In this document: positions 59,934-64,000 of the stretch, in pieces
Layout of the letters: every line of letters starts with the position of its first letter
Numbering within the stretch: position 1 is the first letter of the stretch
Notes under the pieces: model-generated
What the model saw: the letters and a program-made list of their open reading frames with translations, nothing else
Told to the model about the DNA's origin: nothing
The model's database searches: none
Position numbers and translations under genes: made by a program
Source: Thermoanaerobaculia bacterium
GTDB lineage: Bacteria > Acidobacteriota > Thermoanaerobaculia > UBA5066
Direction: 5' to 3'
Assembly (NCBI GenBank): GCA_963719225.1
Contig: CAVRAY010000001.1
Location: forward strand, 3,552,001-3,616,000
DNA length: 64,000 bases

Positions 59934-60461
59934 ATGAAGAAGAGCTGTACGACCCTCGCCCTCGCCGCCCTCGTGGGTCTCGCGCTCGCGCGCCCCGCCG
60001 CGGCGCAGCCGAAGCCCCGGACTTTCAACCCGATCGACGTGAAGGCCGCCTTGAAGAAGGCCGTCGACGCCCAGTTGATCGACTTCGGAAAACAGTTCCC
60101 GCATCTGAAGCTCGCGAACCCCTGCACCACGGAGTTCAACAACGCCGTCGCCGCGGCCAAGGCCGAGCAGACGGGGTGCCTCGACAGCAACAACCCGCCC
60201 GCCGGCAGTCCGCTCGCCGCGTTCAACGCGCTCAGTAACGCGCAGCTCGCCCAGAAGTGCGGCAACCAGACGCTCGACGCGTGCGTCGACGCGGTCGTCA
60301 AGGAGCAAGCGAAGTTCTGCGCAAAGGAGCGCGCCAAGGAGGTGGCCAAGGCCAAGAGCGTCCTTTCGAGGTGCTGCGCCCCTCTCGCCAAGCAGAAGGC
60401 GGATCTCGAGAAGCAACTGGCGGACATCACCGCCGATCTGCAGGGCTGCCTCGGACACTGA
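59934..60461 (+). CDS. Secreted Cys-rich alpha-helical protein
   Basis: AAGGAG RBS, signal peptide ending AAA-Q and eight Cys in the mature chain. Confidence 0.75.
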   Translation: MKKSCTTLALAALVGLALARPAAAQPKPRTFNPIDVKAALKKAVDAQLIDFGKQFPHLKLANPCTTEFNNAVAAAKAEQTGCLDSNNPPAGSPLAAFNALSNAQLAQKCGNQTLDACVDAVVKEQAKFCAKERAKEVAKAKSVLSRCCAPLAKQKADLEKQLADITADLQGCLGH

Positions 60462-60476
60462 GAACAGGAGGTTCCC

Positions 60477-61469
60477 ATGAACAGAAGGCTCACGTCCTAC
60501 GGACCCGCGCTTCTCGCCCTCGTGGCGGTTCTCGCCGCCCTTCCGGCCGCGGCCACGATCGACGTCATGTACGTCACTCACACCTCGGGGCCCGCCCTCT
60601 GCAACAACTTCACGACGAACAACATCGACTACGGCCGTTTCATCTCCTCGGGCGACCGGATCACCGTCGCTCGCGACACGACGTTCCGAGTGACCCTCCT
60701 GGGGTTCGGAGCAGACCTCGCGACGGGGACGGACGACAACGTCACGGGCCTTCGTTCGGAAATCGTCGCCCACGGCACGACGGACAAGCCCGGCGGCGGC
60801 GTCCATTTCGGCCAGAAGGACCAGACCGGCTACGTCCGCGTCGAGATCCGCGTGCACACGGCTGAGCTCGGGAACGGCCACGTGACCGTCAAGTGGCTCA
60901 CGGGCACCGAGAAGATCCCTCTGAAGATCGTGTCCTCCTGCAATCCCACCCCGACGCCTGCGCCGACGGTCGCGGCAACGCCGCGGCCGATCTCGCGCAT
61001 TCCCGTCGCGGGCTCTTCCGCGCCTCCGACCCTCCTGCCCGACCTCACGCCGACGGACTTCGTCAACTTCCGGACGTGCAACCCGAGCTCGTTCGGCACG
61101 TGCGTCCCGGGCCCGAACGACTGCAACGGCGCGTTCAAGGGTCAGAGGAAGTTCACGCAGCCCGACTTGCAGTACGGCGTGAGGAACATCTCGGGAGTCC
61201 CGGTCACGACAGCGTTCACCGTCGTCCTCAAGAAGAAGGACGGGTCGACGCTCGCGACGAACCCGGTGCCCAATCTCGCCGCGAACGGGACCGCCACGTT
61301 CACGTTCCACCGGGCCAACTCCAACGTCTGCGTCGAGCAGATCGGGCCGAACAAGGTGTGCACCTACTGCGCCGTCGCCATCGACGACGCAGGCATCGAG
61401 GTCGTCGTCGACTCCAACAACACGGTCGCCGAGGCCAGCGAGACGAACAACAGCCGAAAGATCCAGTAG
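60477..61469 (+). CDS. Secreted protein with Ig-like domain, Pro/Thr linker and CARDB-like domain
   Basis: AGGAGG RBS and signal peptide; LPDL..VRN..VVVDSNNTVAEASETNN CARDB pattern. Confidence 0.8.
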   Translation: MNRRLTSYGPALLALVAVLAALPAAATIDVMYVTHTSGPALCNNFTTNNIDYGRFISSGDRITVARDTTFRVTLLGFGADLATGTDDNVTGLRSEIVAHGTTDKPGGGVHFGQKDQTGYVRVEIRVHTAELGNGHVTVKWLTGTEKIPLKIVSSCNPTPTPAPTVAATPRPISRIPVAGSSAPPTLLPDLTPTDFVNFRTCNPSSFGTCVPGPNDCNGAFKGQRKFTQPDLQYGVRNISGVPVTTAFTVVLKKKDGSTLATNPVPNLAANGTATFTFHRANSNVCVEQIGPNKVCTYCAVAIDDAGIEVVVDSNNTVAEASETNNSRKIQ

Positions 61470-61491
61470 GCGCGGGGCGGACGGGGACGGG

Positions 61492-63597
61492 TCAGTTGAC
61501 GGGCTCGTCCTCGTCCGCGTCCAGCGTCGGGTCGTCCGCTTCGCCGAGCCTCGGGGCGTTCGCGCCCGCCACCGCCGGCAGCGTCGGCCCGGGCTCGAGC
61601 ACCCAGCGCTCGTACACGTCCTGGGGCAGCTCTCGGAGAAAGCGGCTCGGCTCGGTGACGACGACGATGCCGTAGCGGTCGAACGCCGCGAGGGGGTGGA
61701 CGAGCAGGAGCTCGTCCTTCGCGCGCGTGGCGGCGACGTAGAAGAGACGACGCTCCTCCTCGAGGCCCTCGGCCGTCCGCGCGGCCCTCACGTTCGGAAA
61801 GCGGTCCTCGATGAGCCCGAGGACGAACACGGCGCGCCATTCGAGCCCTTTCGCCTGGTGGATCGACGAAAGCACGAGACGCTCGTCGTCCTTCTCGCCC
61901 GCGATGACGGTCTCGCCGGAGGGCTCGCCGAAGAGCGTGACCTCCTCGAGGAAGCTCTCGACGCCGTCGTAGGGCAGCGCGAATTGCGCGAGAGCCTCGA
62001 GGTCGTCGAGGCGCGACTGATGATTCTCGAATCGCGATTTCGCGACGTGAGCGTAGCCGCCTTCGTCGACGACGAAACGGATCGCCTCCGCGGGCGCGGC
62101 AAGCAGAGACGGCCGCCGCAGCGATTCGAGCGTCCTCGCGAGCTCCTGGAGCGCGCGCTGCGCGCCGGCGGGAGCCTTTCGCATGTCGAGGCGCAGGAAC
62201 GAGCCGACCGGGTCGGGCGTTTCGGAGACCGCGGCCCACAGGGTCGCCGCCGTGCGCTCCCCGACTTTCGGCAGGAGCTTGAGGATCCGCTTGAAGGCCG
62301 TCTCCTCTTTCGGGTTCACGAGGAGGCGCAGATACGCGAGGACGTCCTTCACGTGCTGCTGCTCGAAGAAACGCATTCCCGAGCGAATCTCGTACGGGAT
62401 GCCGCGGCGCGTCAGCTCGATCTGGAGCTCGAGCGCCTGGTGGTGCGCGCGATAGAGCACCGCGATCTCGGCCAGCGGCGTTCCCTCGTCGCGCAGCTCG
62501 AGGACGCGCTGGGCCACGAACTCGGCCTGCTGGGAGACGTCGGAAGCGCCGACGACGGCGACCGGAATGCCCGTGGGGCGCGTCGCGCGAAGAGACTTCT
62601 CGAAGCGCCGCGTGTTCTGCGCGATGGAGGCGTCCGCGAGGCGGAGGATTTCGGGCGTCGAGCGGTAGTTCGTCTCGAGCGAGAAGACGCGCGTCCCCGC
62701 GTGCCGCCCCGGAAACCCGAGGAGCGCTTCGAAGTCCGCTCCGCGGAAGGAATAGATGGACTGCGCGTCGTCGCCGACGACCATGACGTTCGGGTTCTCG
62801 ACGTCTTTCACGACGAGGTCGACGAGGTCCGCCTGCAGCCGGTTGACGTCCTGGTACTCGTCGACGAGAACGTGCTTGAAGCGCGTGCCGAAGCTCTTCC
62901 GGATCGCGGGATGCTCGACGAGGAGTCTCTTGAAGTTCAGGAGAAGGTCGTCGTAGTCCATTCCGTTCGCCGCGACCTTTCGCTCGAGGTAGCGATGGAC
63001 GACCGCCCGGATCGCGTCGAGCTGCGGCAGGAAGTGCGGGTGCTCGGCCGTGATCACGTCGTCGAGCGGCCGCCCCGTGTTGACGCAGAGCGAGACGATC
63101 GCCCGGAGGAGATCGCCCTTGGGGAATCGCCGCTCCGTGACGGGAACTCCGAGGTCGGACGTCGCGGACTCCAGGAGGTCCTTCGCGTCTTCGGAATCGA
63201 GGATGCCGAAGTTCTGGCGGTAGCCGAGAAGCTCGGCGTGCGGGCGCAGAAGGCGTGCCGCGACCGAGTGGAAGGTCCCCGACGTCGCGCGGTTCAGGTC
63301 CGCTCCGATGAGCGTCTCGACGCGCCGTTTCATCTCGCGGGCGGCGCGGTTCGTGAACGTGAGGAGAAGAAGCGACGCGGGATCGGCTCCGTCCTCGATG
63401 AGCCGCGAAACGCGGTAGACGAGCGTGCGGGTCTTTCCCGAGCCCGCGCCCGCGACCACGACCGTCGGGCCGTCGGGGGCGAACACGACGGCCTTCTGCT
63501 CCTCGTTCAGCTCGCGGGCGTAGTCGACGCTATAGCTCTTCGGCGCCGCGGCGCGGCGGAGAACGTATCGGCGCAGGACGGGGGCCTCGTCGCTCAT
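61492..63597 (-). CDS. UvrD/PcrA/Rep family ATP-dependent DNA helicase
   Basis: AGAGSGKT, TFTNRAA, VDEYQD, GDDAQSIYSFRGA, NYRS, HQAKGLE and EERRLFYVAATRA. Confidence 0.95.
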   Translation of the reverse strand: MSDEAPVLRRYVLRRAAAPKSYSVDYARELNEEQKAVVFAPDGPTVVVAGAGSGKTRTLVYRVSRLIEDGADPASLLLLTFTNRAAREMKRRVETLIGADLNRATSGTFHSVAARLLRPHAELLGYRQNFGILDSEDAKDLLESATSDLGVPVTERRFPKGDLLRAIVSLCVNTGRPLDDVITAEHPHFLPQLDAIRAVVHRYLERKVAANGMDYDDLLLNFKRLLVEHPAIRKSFGTRFKHVLVDEYQDVNRLQADLVDLVVKDVENPNVMVVGDDAQSIYSFRGADFEALLGFPGRHAGTRVFSLETNYRSTPEILRLADASIAQNTRRFEKSLRATRPTGIPVAVVGASDVSQQAEFVAQRVLELRDEGTPLAEIAVLYRAHHQALELQIELTRRGIPYEIRSGMRFFEQQHVKDVLAYLRLLVNPKEETAFKRILKLLPKVGERTAATLWAAVSETPDPVGSFLRLDMRKAPAGAQRALQELARTLESLRRPSLLAAPAEAIRFVVDEGGYAHVAKSRFENHQSRLDDLEALAQFALPYDGVESFLEEVTLFGEPSGETVIAGEKDDERLVLSSIHQAKGLEWRAVFVLGLIEDRFPNVRAARTAEGLEEERRLFYVAATRAKDELLLVHPLAAFDRYGIVVVTEPSRFLRELPQDVYERWVLEPGPTLPAVAGANAPRLGEADDPTLDADEDEPVN

Positions 63598-63628
63598 CCT
63601 CGGGAGAGATTACCCCGAGGGCAACGTC

Positions 63629-64000
63629 TCAATGCGAAGCGTCCGGGAAGCGTTTTTCCTCGCGCCGCCGAGCGTACGCGTCGCACGGATATCCGAACGT
63701 CGCTTCGAAGTCGCAGCCCGGCTTTCGGACTCCGAGCTGGAGCTTCTGCGTTCCCAGGAACCGCTCGGGCCAGACGAGGCCGAGAAAATCCTTCGAATAG
63801 GAGCCGAACTCCGCGACGGCCGGGAGAATCGGCGCGAGCGCGAAGAGCGCGTCGCGCATCCCGGGAGACAAGACGGCCGCCGCCTTTTCGCGCACCGCCG
63901 CAGCCCGTTCGCCGCCGAAATCCGAAAAGCCCGCCGCGAACGTTCCGCCAGAGCCCTTGAACACGACGCAGGCGTCGGGCGGCCGGACCGAAGAGCACGC
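63629..64000 (-). CDS. Hypothetical protein (5' partial)
   Basis: Frame is open to the window end with host-like codon use; family not recognised. Confidence 0.5.
   Translation of the reverse strand, partial: ACSSVRPPDACVVFKGSGGTFAAGFSDFGGERAAAVREKAAAVLSPGMRDALFALAPILPAVAEFGSYSKDFLGLVWPERFLGTQKLQLGVRKPGCDFEATFGYPCDAYARRREEKRFPDASH

Overview
A high-GC bacterial chromosomal window; gene content suggests Acidobacteriota/Thermoanaerobaculia, which is an inference. It holds about 60 genes. In order: (1) the end of a hydrogenase-4-like (Ehr) membrane complex operon whose large subunit lacks the NiFe ligands; (2) an accessory islet at the 3' end of tRNA-Thr(CGT) with hicB, a nonsense-interrupted hicA, a lone contractile tail-sheath gene and, nearby, a radical SAM protein with three N-terminal repeats; (3) an ECF sigma/anti-sigma pair; (4) metY-metX behind an unannotated Cys/Met-rich leader peptide and terminator, apparently a transcription attenuator; (5) a sensor kinase/NtrC pair followed by a sigma-54 promoter and a probable selenocysteine redoxin; (6) a chelatase-like AAA ATPase and its VWA partner, separated by about 12 kb of GT-C-like membrane proteins, four sharing a C-terminal Ig-like domain; (7) an MglA-like GTPase, a PilZ protein, phoH-ybeY-hlyC-era, a MacAB-type ABC exporter, an S9 peptidase and a fused LeuD-LeuC aconitase-family enzyme; (8) a bidirectional locus at 52.9-61.5 kb and a UvrD/PcrA helicase. 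The best candidate for an undescribed system is that bidirectional locus. An ECF sigma factor and a Ser/Thr kinase sit between an outer-membrane beta-barrel with exported Ig-like proteins and two Cys-rich secreted proteins. Both arms carry the same TGAGCC-N16-GCGCT promoter motif and encode a paralogous domain. All calls were made by eye from motifs; no database searches were run.
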